Origin: Macrostomum hystrix
Lineage: Eukaryota > Animalia > Platyhelminthes
Direction of reading: 5' to 3'
Assembly (NCBI GenBank): GCA_950097015.1
Contig: CATNEN010000003.1
Coordinates: forward strand, 1,178,001 to 1,242,000
DNA: 64,000 nucleotides
The stretch's first letter is position 1; every line of letters begins with the position of its first letter. The position numbers and the translations under genes were made by a program. Positions 1 to 12,500 of this stretch are shown piece after piece. The notes below the pieces were generated by a model. It was not told where the DNA came from and did not search any database. It saw only the letters and a list, made by a program, of their open reading frames with translations.

Positions 1-49
1 GTAGTATAACAAGGCTTCGTCGCTTTTCTTTTTCAGAAATTATTTATCA

Positions 50-1190
50 GAGTACAGTGCATGACGATAAGAAAGTCTGGGCAGATGTGTACACCTCTGT
101 ATGAGTGCGTGCTTGCGTACAGTATTTGTGTGCATGTGTGCACCAAGCAGTCAGTGAAATGAGCAGAATTGGCAATTCGCTGGTTGCGGCCTGCGTGTCT
201 GTTGTCCCATAATGATGGGCCACTTCCCACAGCCCTGTGCAAATATTATACTATTATGATTACTATAGCATCTGTTGGGGTATTCGGAATTTGAGGACTT
301 TTAAGAAAGGCACGTTGTTTTTTATGCTGAAAAGCAAATATTTGGCTAAAATACTCTAAATTAGTTTTCTAATTCTTTTTCAGTATTTGATTTTCCTATT
401 TAAAAGCTTCCTTTTATAAGTAAAGTAAAACCCGCGATTTAAAGGTTTTGTTAGCTTTGTAAAATGTGCGTCAACAGCCAACCATCTAGATTCTAGGAGC
501 ACAATTTAATAACCACATCGAAAGAACACTTTCGTTTCGTTTACATAAGCTCTCTTGCTTGAAAATGGAATCCTAATCATTTGATGCCCTGCTACTTAAA
601 GTAAGTTTTTACTTAAAGTTTATGCTTTATTTCCTTTGAAAGGAGTTATGAGCCTAAAAAGCAAAAAGTGCAAATGAATTTCTGGAAGTATTACCTCCGA
701 CTTGAGACGCCAGCAGTTCGAATTTATAAAGTTTTCATGAAGTCTGTTCAGTGGCAATTCCGTGGCATTCCGTTGCTGATTTGGTGTAAATAAAACTCAG
801 ACCATTTTGGGAAGGTATTGCCGTGGCCATTCCGCAGAATTTGACCCAGCAATGCATTGCAGCAGTCACACGATATGTCCGCGGCAATTCCGCGAGAACT
901 CCGCGACTTTTCCTCGCAGTTTTGCATAGAATATGACGGATTTCTAAAAATAGATCGGCTTGCTACACATAAGCAATGTAAACTCTTCTCTCCGTGAATG
1001 TACTTTGTTCGAAAGTGCAGCCAAGCTGTTCAATGAGATAATGGACAAACCTTTTCTGTGTACAGTTGAACGAGTCATTGCAGGGTTGAAAATATTTCTA
1101 CAGTACAATAAAGAGGAACTTTGAAAATATGCAGAAGTTGAAAGAGCTATTGATCAACTAAAAATTAGCTTTTCAATTTGCTTTACAAAA
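50..1190 (+). repeat. Copy 1 of a ~1.1 kb duplicated segment (SINE 3' part plus AT-rich sequence), followed by a 12-bp minisatellite
   Basis: Near-identical to 4068-5147 over long stretches (e.g. gcagatgtgtacacctctgtatgagtgcg...gagttatgagcctaaaaagcaaaaagtgcaaatg). Confidence 0.95.
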
Positions 1191-1192
1191 TG

Positions 1193-1527
1193 GCCCCTGG
1201 CTCTGCCCCTGGCTCTGCCCCTGGCTCTGCCCCTGGCTCTGCCCCTGGCTCTGCCCCTGGCTCTGCCCCTGGCTCTGCCCCTGGCTCTGCCCCTGGCTCT
1301 GCCCCTGGCTCTGCCCCTGGCTCTGCCCCTGGCTCTGCCCCTGGCTCTGCCCCTGGCTCTGCCCCTGGCTCTGCCCCTGGCTCTGCCCCTGGCTCTGCCC
1401 CTGGCTCTGCCCCTGGCTCTGCCCCTGGCTCTGCCCCTGGCTCTGCCCCTGGCTCTGCCCCTGGCTCTGCCCCTGGCTCTGCCCCTGGCTCTGCCCCTGG
1501 CTCTGCCCCTGGCTCTGCCCCTGGCTC
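1193..1527 (+). repeat. Minisatellite (GGCTCTGCCCCT)n, ~28 units
   Basis: Perfect 12-bp tandem array. Confidence 0.99.
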
Positions 1528-1835
1528 TTGGGATTGGGATTTCAGAGAATCATATTCACAAAAACAATTTTGAAATATCTAACTGGAAATGCAGGTGCCT
1601 TGTTGGAGAAGTAAGGGCAATGGCTAATTAATGTAGAAGAGCACAGAAGAAAGGTTTGTTGGAAAGCAAGGGAGTGGTATTGTATATATACAGGCAGAGA
1701 GAGTTCTAGAACTATCCGTAAAAGGCAGGATGGAAGTTTCCTGAATTTTAGTTCCTAAAATAATATTATAATAATATAATATATAAATGTGCGAAAAATG
1801 CAAAAAAACATTTTGTGTTTCAGGTTCTGAAAATG

Positions 1836-3983
1836 TCAAAATTTCTCAGGTTGAGGCGAAGGGCATCTTTGGACATCATTTTCCATAGTAAACAATATTT
1901 GCGGATCTTGCAGTAACGAGTCAAATTGTGAATTTCCATTTGGCGCTTCAAATTTCTGATTGATGAGCTGACAAGTTTCCGCTTTAGCCAGCGTCAGAGC
2001 GGGATCGGCTTGCTTCTTCCGGAATGTGATATCTCTTTTCCCTCGGTAAAGAATCATGACTGCGGCAAACAGGGCTAAACAAACCGCCAACAGCAGAGCC
2101 ACAGCTAGGATTATGCAGAGGCCGTTTCCTACTCTTGATTGCTGATGGATTTCAGTCTCCGAATTCCTGCGAGCTTCTTCCATCCAAAGCTCCACAGTCC
2201 GGCTGCAGTTGGCGCAGCGAGTTCTGGCAGTCGCCGCGAAGCTGATCAGCGCACTCAGCGACTCGTTGCAGTCGCCAAAGAAAACGCGACCGATGGCACC
2301 GTCACCGCCCACCGACGCAGATGCGCTGAGGGAGCCGCAGAGCACGCCTGTGGCAGACTCTGATTGGACAGTGAACTTTCTGCAAATATTTTACAAACTC
2401 GCTTTGTACTCATATTTTGCGCTCAATTTGAAAGACTGCACGCGCTACTTACAGACTTGAGGTGTCGTTAAATATCTCCACTGTACAGCGGTCGTCCGAG
2501 TGTCTCAGGTAGAAAATCGACTGTTTTCTGGGCAGGTAGAACATCCCGATGCGGAGTCTCTTTGATAAGTCCAACGGAGTCTTTGAGCGAGTGCTGAGTC
2601 CCGATCCTACTCTGGTTCGCTGGCCTGCAATGAGTTGGTTTGCAAGTTCTTTTCGGGTGTGTGAGTGCCATTGTGAGCAAATCGTCACCCGGACTGACTT
2701 ACTCTCTCTGACGAAGCTGTGCAGGGAGCTGGAACTGTTGAAGGACGCCAGACTCATGACCAGGCTGTCCCCGTTGAGGGCTGTCAGCTCAGCATCCAGG
2801 CATCTGCGTGTTGGTGAGGCCATGAAGCAGCTGCTGTCGAAACTCGTCGTTTCCCGTCCACAGAAGCCGGGCTCCATCAGCTGAATCCTCAGGCCAGGTG
2901 TGTTTGGATTGTTAGACTTCAGTCGGTAGGTGACAGTCAGGTAGCTCCTGTGAGTACAAACAATTCGAGTACTGAGTATCGAGTACGTTTCGTTTTAATT
3001 AGCGATTAGGATAAGTAGAAGTTAACATGCATGGGAGCAGGAGTTGTAGCATGGCAGAATCGTCAAGATCGAGTAAAGCTCACCCTCGGGGCAGCTGTAG
3101 AACCCGAAAAGTCTCCAACTTCACCGACTCAGTCGTATTTGTTGAGTTTGACAAGCAGTGCGATGCTGTGAAAAGTGACAAAACGTTAGATACAATGTAG
3201 ATAAATTTTATTTTATGTTTTTTACGCGGTAACCGCTCTGCTACTTAAGTTTTTTGGTTGAATTTAACCGTCCAATGCAGGATGAGAAAAAGGAGAATAT
3301 AAAAATGTGATTAGAGTCACGTAAAATGATTGATATCAAGCTATTAAAGGCTTTGTTTTCGAAATCAAGCAGCTACATGAAAAATTAGTAAAATCTCAGA
3401 ACTAACGCACAAGTTGGAGCGTGTGTGCGGAGTTCGTATTTAATTTCTTCGACTTCGGATGGAGCAGATCGGAGGCCTCTTCCTCTATTATTCATGTGGA
3501 CGCTTAGATTGAATCCGCTCATAGTCAGGACCGCATTGCTCAGGTGGTCTACTGAGATGTGCCATTTGCAGTTGACTTCTTGACCTTCCTGAACTGGGAC
3601 ACCGTCGGTGAGTGGAATCAAACGAAAATCCACGAGTCTGAGCTGGCTTCCGAAATCCAGCATCCGCGTGCCTCCCACTGTGCAGTAGCAGTCACCGGAA
3701 TCAACTCTGCGGAATTGAAAAATGAATCGATTTCTCATCATTAGAACGGGAAGCACCCACTATTAAGAACAGCACTGCACCATGAGGGATGTAGAGATTT
3801 GTAGACCTGAGTCAACGATGCACTAACTTTAGATATAATAACAACAATAGCTATGATTATTCCAAATATTGAACTCCAAAAACTAATTAAAAACACTCAC
3901 ATGGTAGGTTGCAGTGTGAGGAGGCAAAGTAGCACAATCAAAACCACTTTAGTATAAGATCTGTCGGTGAGGCTGTACACCAT
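1836..3983 (-). CDS. Gene A: type I single-pass membrane protein, ~499 aa; exons 3983-3901, 3706-3411, 3165-3084, 2947-2453, 2379-1836
   Basis: Signal peptide MVYSLTDRSYTKVVLIVLLCLLTLQPT; four GT-AG introns join into one open frame (1500 nt); Cys-containing ectodomain with N-glycosylation sequons; TM LCIILAVALLLAVCLALFAAVMILY followed by RGKR; ~70-aa tail. Confidence 0.8.
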
Positions 3984-4067
3984 TTTGCTCTCGGCGAATT
4001 GGCTGCAATATTTCAGGGGTTGCGTTTTGTAATGTTTAGCATTTGAAAGACAAATCCAGACATTATT

Positions 4068-5147
4068 TAGAGTACACTGCATAAATCTGCGCAGATGTGT
4101 ACACCTCTGTATGAGTGCGTGCTTGCGTACAGTATTTGTGTGCATGTGTGCACCAAGCAGTCAGTAAAATTGTCAGAATTGCCCCTTCGCTGGTTGCGGC
4201 CTGCAGGTCTATTGTCCCAAAATGATAGGCCAGTTCCCACAGCCCTGTGCAAATATTATACTATTATGATTACTATAGCATCTGTTGGGGTATTCGGAAT
4301 TTGAGGACTTTTAAGAAAGGCACGTTGTTTTTTATGCTCAAAAGCAAATATTTGGCTAAAATACTCTAAATTAGTTTTCTAATTCTTTTTCAGTATTTGA
4401 TTTTCCTATTTAAAAGCTTTCTTTTATAAGTAAAGTAAAACCCGCGATTTAAAGGTTTTGTTAGCTTTGTAAAATGTGCATCAACAGCCAACCATCTAGA
4501 TTCTAGAAGCACAATTTAATAGCCACATCGAAAGAACACTTTCGTTTCGTTTTCATAAGCTCTCTTGCTTGAAAATGGAATCCTAATCATTTGATGCCCT
4601 GCTACTTAAAGTAAGTTTATACTTTAAGGAGTTATGAGCCTAAAAAGCAAAAAGTGCAAATGAATTTCTGGAAGTATTACCTCCGATTTGAGACGCCAGC
4701 AGTTCGAATTTATAAAGTTTTCATGAAGTCTGTTCAGTGGCAATCTCGTGGCATTCCGTTGCTGATTTGGTGTAAATAAAACTCAGACCATTTTGGGAAG
4801 GTATTGCCGTGGCCATTCCGCAGAATTTCACCCAGCAATGCATTGCAGCAGTCACACGATATGTCAGCGGCAATTCCGCGAGCACTCCTAGACTTTTCCT
4901 CGCAGTTTTGCATAGAATATGACGGATTCCTAAAAATACATCGGCTTGCTACACATAAGCAATGTACACTCGACAGTGCAGCCAAGCTGTTCAATAAGAT
5001 AATGGACAAACCTTTTCTCTGTACAGTCGAACGAGCGCAGGGTTGAAAATATTTCTAAAGTACAATAAAGAGGAAATTTGAAAATACGCAGAAGTTGAAA
5101 GAGCGATTGATCAACTGAAAATTAGCTTTTCCATTTGCCTTAAAAAT
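4068..5147 (+). repeat. Copy 2 of the ~1.1 kb duplicated segment, directly upstream of gene A
   Basis: Matches 50-1190 with small indels. Confidence 0.95.
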
Positions 5148-5154
5148 GAGCCAT

Positions 5155-6078
5155 GGCTCTGCCCCTGGCTCTGCCCTGGGCTCTGCCCCTGGCTCTGCCC
5201 CCGGCTCTGCCCCTGGCTCTGCCCCTGGCTCTGCCCCTGGCTCTGCCCTTGGCTCTGCCCCTGGCTCTGCCCCTGGCTCTGCCCCTGGCTCTGCCCCTGG
5301 CTCTGCCCCTGGCTCTGCCCCTGGCTCTGCCCCTGGCTCTGCCCTTGGCTCTGCCCCTGGCTCTGCCCCTGGCTCTGCCCCTGGCTCTGCCCCTGGCTCT
5401 GCCCCTGGCTCTGCCCCTGGCTCTGCCCCTGGCTCTGCCCCTGGCTCTGCCCCTGGCTCTGCCCCTGGCTCTGCCCCTGGCTCTGCCCCTGGCTCTGCCC
5501 CTGGCTCTGCCCCTGGCTCTGCCCCTGGCTCTGCCCCTGGCTCTGCCCCTGGCTCTGCCCCTGGCTCTGCCCCTGGCTCTGCCCCTGGCTCTGCCCCTGG
5601 CTCTGCCCCTGGCTCTGCCCCTGGCTCTGCCCCTGGCTCTGCCCCTGGCTCTGCCCCTGGCTCTGCCCCTGGCTCTGCCCCTGGCTCTGCCCCTGGCTCT
5701 GCCCCTGGCTCTGCCCCTGGCTCTGCCCCTGGCTCTGCCCCTGGCTCTGCCCCTGGCTCTGCCCCTGGCTCTGCCCCTGGCTCTGCCCCTGGCTCTGCCC
5801 CTGGCTCTGCCCCTGGCTCTGCCCCTGGCTCTGCCCCTGGCTCTGCCCCTGGCTCTGCCCCTGGCTCTGCCCCTGGCTCTGCCCCTGGCTCTGCCCCTGG
5901 CTCTGCCCCTGGCTCTGCCCCTGGCTCTGCCCCTGGCTCTGCCCCTGGCTCTGCCCCTGGCTCTGCCCCTGGCTCTGCCCCTGGCTCTGCCCCTGGCTCT
6001 GCCCCTGGCTCTGCCCCTGGCTCTGCCCCTGGCTCTGCCCCTGGCTCTGCCCCTGGCTCTGCCCCTGGCTCTGCCCCC
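5155..6078 (+). repeat. Minisatellite (GGCTCTGCCCCT)n, ~77 units
   Basis: Nearly perfect 12-bp tandem array; variants only near the left end. Confidence 0.99.
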
Positions 6079-6917
6079 TGGCTGCGGCTGGCTGGGAGTA
6101 ATGCGAAAACGTGCTCTGGCGCTAGCCCAAAGCTTCGCAAAGGATTCAAATTCCTGTATGTGCAATACTGGGCTGCATGGTATTTATTTCTATTAATAGA
6201 ATAAGCAGAAGAAGACCACGTGGGTATTTCTCGTATTTTCTTAATTTCTTTTTCACTCGAAATATAGAACATAAGAACTAATTTTTACTTTCTCGGATGT
6301 CCAGAATCACAAAAAATTGCAAAAATCTCGACGATGCTGACTTCGGCTTTGAGAATGAGTTCATCGCAAAGGGTTGAAAATGTTTTCCAATTGGTGGACT
6401 CTTACGAAAATCGGTCATTCGGTTTGGGAGACGGTTTGGGTCAACTGAAGATCCTGCATGATGTCGGCTGCACTCAGGTACGCACAGGTAACTACACAAG
6501 CTTCACAAGCAATCGACTCTCTAAGAGTGGTTTGAGGTCCAAGAAATGTCAGTTTTATCTGTCACTGTTTACAAATATGTCTCGAGTAGCTTTTTATTTG
6601 ATTATATCGAATGTTTGGTTTCTTTCAAACAAGAAACTATTACTATTCTTAATATATAAAATACATAATTAGATCTATGACATAGTACAGTGATAGAAAT
6701 GACAGACAATATTCTTATCAGTATTATCTGGAGCAAATTAGAACGTTTAACTGATAAATGATTTATCAAGCTGGTAGTAAGCTACCTAAAACCCAATTTT
6801 TTATCGATCAATGACATCTCAAAAAGAAAAAACTCAATTTGAGTAAGTTGTATTTGAGTAAAGTTTCGAGAATTAAAAAAGGAACTAATTACTTACGAAT
6901 TTGGTCAACGTAACTTT

Positions 6918-7060
6918 TTGCCTAGTCGGTAGTTTGCAATCTTAAGAGCTTGTATCTTTGGACTTCTGACTGAGAGGTCACGAGTTCGAATATCGTTCAT
7001 AAGGGATGCAGTTTGCGACCTTGAGCAAGGCACTAAAGTTCTCACTATTCCAGTATATAT
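6918..7060 (+). mobile_element. Degenerate tRNA-derived SINE fragment
   Basis: B-box-like gagttcgaat followed by ccttgagcaaggcact, a motif typical of SINE central domains. Confidence 0.5.
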
Positions 7061-7199
7061 AGCATTAGTTTGGCTAGAAGTTTAGGTAGGTGAGGCGCGT
7101 TGCGTTGATACTGAGTAAAATGAATTGCTACTGAAAATGAATATGCTAATAGAGTTCTTGCGAGCCCTCTCAGTCGACAGGTCTTAGCGAGCCAGCTCG

Positions 7200-9110
7200 T
7201 AGGTCCATCACTCCCGACCTTCTGATGGCCTCAGTAGTGCACAAAACTGATTCCGTCTGGCTCGTAATGGCCCACGGCCGTAGCGAACTCCTCTTCCTTG
7301 TAGCCTAGCAACTGCGCTTCGTCGCCTTCGTAGAGACTTTCGATGGACACGAGTGATGAATCTGTCGATTCTTTCTTGCACCTGCGGATGAGAAACAGGA
7401 CGATATACATGGTGATTCTGTTACGGAATGAAATGAAAAGCCGAGTGGAGAAGTTGGGGCCTACGAGTATAATTCTAAAATAAGAATATTTGCAGTTGGG
7501 CTGTGTGCACTGCAACAATAATTTGGGGTTGAACCACCGCCAGCGAGTGACAATTCTGCCCGTTCCAATGACTCCTGAGCACACATGCACATATGAGCTA
7601 CCTACAACTCACCGTGCAAGACAAGTCCTCAAGATTTCTCTTTGCGCCCCATGTCTCGACACGTTAGCGTAGCGTATGTTAGCGTACGCATGGCAATCCA
7701 CACCTTAATACCTATCTGTAGTTCAAAATTGTTCACTACGGTCGGTCGCAGTCAAGTTGTTCGGTGTTAACTTAGTACCTAATAATGAATAACAATGTTT
7801 AGTAAAGCCAATTAAACATGCAAAACTTGATCTGAGAATACAAGTAAAATCACTTGCTATAAAAATAAAAAGTTTACAAATATCAGCACAGAACGAGAGC
7901 AACAAGACCAATCCCAAAAATACACAGATGACGTAAAATTTCCACTGCAATACGGTTTATTAAAAAATGTTACGCAAATATTACCAACGTAACGCGACCT
8001 CTGATGGCACTGAGCAGTCTCACTGAGCAGAGAGTGTGAAACCCAATGCTCATTAGAGAATGCAAATGTGAGCACAACACTTGCCAGCACTGATTGGCGT
8101 TGAGAGGTCCGGGTTTTGGCCGAGCTGTCCCGCCTTTACATAGCGTCGCAAATAAAATTTATTCTCTACATGGGAGAGGCAGAAAGTCCTCACTGCGGAT
8201 TTTGCCTTGCAGTTTGCGATGGCTAGCGAAACAACCATTACCAGAGAGGGCCATGGTAACTGCCCTGATGTCCCTGCGGCTTGAGTCCAAGCAGGGCTTT
8301 GCGGAGGGCAGTGGAGGGACAAGGACCAGCAGCGCGAGACTGCCTTTTTATTCGAATATTTTTAGGGCCTGCTATATTCAGCCATTTACCATAGACGATT
8401 GTCGATAGGCCTTTGATTTTGTCACAGATTCTATATAATCTCCGAATCTGTCGCTCCGGCCGCTTTTGCTCACGTGAATTTCTACCCGAAACAAACAAAA
8501 TTATTTGAGAAAAACAAAATAAACTAAATAAAATAAACAAAATTATTTTTGGACAGCGCTTACTTTAGTACAACTGTGAGAATCAGCGGCACGACAGTAC
8601 ATCTCTTCTGCGCTGGCTGTGCAGTAGCAGCAGCAGCAGCGTGTCTGCAGTGATTCAGACCATCTCGACTGAAAAAGAAACTTTTGACTTCCTGAAACTA
8701 CAGTAGCTGCCCGACCACGATGCAGTTCTCGAAGTGGCCACAGAATCCGTCGGTGGCTTTGTGTTGAAGAAGAGCGGCGTGCTGAAGTGCCAGTGCTGTA
8801 TGTCGGAGCTGACTGCCGCCCACACTGTTGGAGTGTGTAACACACTAAAAGTGTGGAATGAACCTCGCGCTGGCTAACCGAGACCGGTTTCTGGCTTGTT
8901 TGCCTTCGTCAGTCAGCCATAGCCACGCCGTCCTCTCCCACCACTGTTGGTGTGCACAGAAGTCTCTTTTAACCGTGCCATTTTTATGGCGATACTTTTT
9001 AGTGTTATGTGAGAGATTTGCAGCCAAGTCTTAGCTTTTCTACTGTTGTCAGTAGTCAGAATTGTATCTCTCACAGGCTTTTTTCGGCTTTGCTGATTTT
9101 TCATGATATC
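7200..9110 (-). pseudogene. Pseudogene of the gene B/C receptor family
   Basis: Tail exon (7381-~7200) aligns to the gene B tail (VQERIDRFIT vs MHEAVDRFVT; shared FATAVGHYEPDG) but has a 2-nt frameshift and an in-frame TGA. TM-like stretch WKFYVICVFLGLVLLLSF near 7945-7890. 8044-8093 matches gene B intron 10 and is fused to an ETAQCH remnant of exon 12. The upstream limit is uncertain. Confidence 0.75.
8100..8340 (-). mobile_element. Decayed 3' fragment of the RT-RNase H non-LTR element also present at 23102-25178
   Basis: Reverse complement matches 24675-24935 (ccctccactgccctccgcaaagcc...ggacatcagggcagttaccatggccctctctgg). Confidence 0.9.
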
Positions 9111-9520
9111 TCACAAACGAATGTAACAATTGACTTGAGGGTGCGTCTGGTAAACTTATACATGCTATACATGCTTAAATATTGCAGCTAGGCTAGTAAG
9201 TTTCGCCATTTTCTTGATGTTTTGCTGCATTTTTTCTTAAAATGTATGTTCCATTAAACAATTTTTCTTGAATTTAGAAAAAATAAAAAGTTTATATTTC
9301 TTTACTGAACTTTAAGTGGTTACTAGCAGACATGTTAAGTGGCTCACCTAGTTATTCTAATATCTGTGATGCTAATAGTCTGCATGTACTATTGCTAAAA
9401 TACCATTAAAACATTTCTAAAATAGCCTCAGCCTGTGCCAATCGCCAGAGGCCAGTTGTACTTGAAGTTCTCATTCGCGCTCATTGCTGAACGTCATCAT
9501 CAAGTAAATTTCTTATTTTC

Positions 9521-12500
9521 TTAGTTATATTGCGGAATTAAATAGACCCGCTCATAGGCATGATCTTCACTGCTACCGCTCTGATGGCCAGGGTACGTCA
9601 CATAAGTGCCACCGTCGGGCTCGTAGTGGCCCACTGCCGTTGCGAAATTTTCTTCCTCGTCTTCACTGTCCTGGTGGACCGGTAGCTGCTGCTCAGTGCC
9701 ATTATCGGGGTTAATGATGGAAACGAGAGTGACGAATCTGTCGACAGCCTCGTGCATCTGTGGACGAGAAACCCGGCTATGTAGAGTTTCAAGAGTTACA
9801 ATAATGCTTATGTACTCAGGTACTCAAGTATTGATTTCTCGCTATCAACCTTTAATTTGACTATTTTGAATAGCCAACGAAAATACGGACTCACCCTGAA
9901 ATATATAGCGCCGTCGTCTTCAGTATTCAGTGAAAATTGTTCAGATTGATCAGGGATCTCTTCAGAGCTTCCCATCTGGCGCTCACACATAGCTGCAAGC
10001 TGTCTCGGCTTAATCATCAGCATCAGAAATGCAGTCATGACTGCTACAATGGACAGGGCTGTGACAGAAAATACAATCGTTGCACGCCGTGTTTCCCAGT
10101 CTGGAAACATTTTGTAAAGTTATTTTAGATATTATAGTGGCTAATTTGCCTAAAAGTCCTTGCTGACCTTGCGCTTTTTACTGTTATTTCAAACTTACTT
10201 GTATCTATGGGTTTCTTCCAATGGCACTGAGCGGTCTCATTGTGTGCAGTCTGGAATATCACTGAAGTATTATAGATCTGCTGAGCAGTGCAGTAAACAG
10301 TAAGCTCAGTGAGGTTGATACAATGCCTGCCCCGCAGCTCATGCTCAGTTGTCCAAATGCCGCTGCTGTTACCTGCAGTCAGCTCGACCGTCTGAAATGC
10401 GCAAATCAAGCCAAAAGTACATCCAAACTTCTGTCAGCACAGCAGCTTTCATGGCAGCAACCTACCTGACTGGCTCTGAGAGGGCTCGAGACTTCGCAGG
10501 CCACTGAGGACACCGGAGGTCGGCCGCCGGAGCTGCTCACAGTCAGCCGAGATCCATCGATGCTGGCATGCTGAACTCCAATTCTGGCAGGGTCTGGAGT
10601 GTGAGACACAATGCTCATTAGAGAATGCAAATGTGAGCACAAGACTAGCCAGCTCTGATTTGAGCACTGTGGACTCACAGAAAATGAGGGGCTGCTGATC
10701 GCTCACACTGCCAGCATGCTCGTAGCTCACACCTGACTGATTGACACTGCACCGGATGGACCAGTTCAGGTGCGCCATCGACTCGCTCACCTGCAGCTCA
10801 TGAGCACTGCTGAAGCTGCTCTGCTGCAATGGGAAAGAGAGTCACATTGGTGAATGTGGAGCTGATTGTGCTCACTCATTGGCGCTACTCCGACTCAATC
10901 AGTACAGCACGTACGTGAACTTTGTGGAGCATTGTGACTGGAGCTGCGTTACCGAGCAGTAGCCAGCAGCTGTGGCTCACGTTCCAGATGCTACATCGGC
11001 TGGAGGTCACGTTGAAGAAGCTGGTCTGGCCCACGCGCCAGTAGCGACTCGAGCCCAGGTCGATGGCTGTCTGACACGGCTCTGTGGAGTCAAGGAGCTG
11101 GCTGTGCTGGGTGAGGACTGGCTGTGCTGGGTGAGGACTGGTTGTGCTGGGTGAGAACTGGCTGTGCTGGGTGAGGACTGGCTGTGCTGGGTGAGGACTG
11201 GCTGTGCTGGGTGAGGACTGGTTGTGCTGGGTGAGAACTGGTTGTGCTGGGTGAGGACTGGCTGTGCTGGGTGAGAACTGGTTGTGCTGGGTGAGGACTG
11301 GCTGTGCTGGGTGAGGACTGGCTGTGCTGGGTGAGGACTGGCTGTGCTGGGTGAGAACTGGCTGTGCTGGGTGAGGACTGGCTGTGCTGGGTGAGGACTG
11401 GCTGTGCTGGGTGAGGACTGGCTGTGCTGGGTGAGGACTGGTTGTGCTGGGTGAGGACTGGCTGTGCTGGGTGAGGACTGGCTGTGCTGGGTGAGGACTG
11501 GCTGTGCTGGGTGATGACTGGCTGTGCTGGGTGAGGACTGGCTGTGCTGGGTGAGGACTGGCTGTGCTGGGTGAGGACTGGCTGTGCTGGGTGAGGACTG
11601 GCTGTGCTGGGTGAGGACTGGCTGTGCTGGGTGAGGACTGGCTGTGCTGGGTGAGGACTGGCTGTGCTGGGTGAGGACTGGCTGTGCTGGGTGATGACTG
11701 GCTGTGCTGGGTGAGGACTGGCTGTGCTGGGTGAGGACTGGCTGTGCTGGGTGAGGACTGGCTGTGCCAGGTGAGTGCTGACAGCAAAACAGTAAATTTC
11801 ACTCACTGCTGACATGTGTTAGATTGGCCGTCTTTTTGACAGCCACAGACTTGTATCGTTCCGCCACATTCGCAGAGCACTGAACAGAACCGCCAACCAT
11901 TAGCTCAGATGCATCAAACTGGAACTGGGACACAACTGAGTACAGGATTCTGCCTTTGTTGTCCTTGAAGATCGACTGTTCCTGCAAAGTTAGCAAAAGC
12001 TCATTGTCAGCTGATTCCACATGTCAAGCCCAAAGCGGCAAGCACTGACCTCGCTCAGCAGTGCCAAAACCTGCTGCTCAGCTGAGTAAATGACTGAGCA
12101 GTTGTGCTCTGGCCTGGGAAAACTGCCGTGCGATGCTAACTCAACGGAGACCGGCCGACCCGACACCAGCACTCGAGACACCGACAGACTGCGGTTGTTA
12201 GATTCATCTGAAATCATGCGCATGAAATCAGTTTCATCCAGATGATGTTACCTGCAAGTTCAGCTGGCTTAGGAGTCAAGTGTCTCCCACCACCAACGGT
12301 CATCTGCTGGACTTACACGCAACAGCGATGGCTCTCTCGACCTGAGCTCTAGCTGAGCTGCACTGTGAGCACACCAGAGCTCGTGGAATTTCCTTCTCGT
12401 CAGCCTTGAACTCAAAGTGGCTGATTTGAGGTCCGTCTGTGCCTTCACTCGGATTCAGCTGCAAGCGAGTCGGTGTGAGCTGCTTTCAGCCTTCTCAGCA

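Noticed and set aside
5055-6272. Long ORFs of GAEP/GRAR/GSAP/LPLA repeats (also 1178-1573)
   Set aside because: The stop-free 12-bp minisatellite is open in several frames on both strands; there is no splice or domain context.
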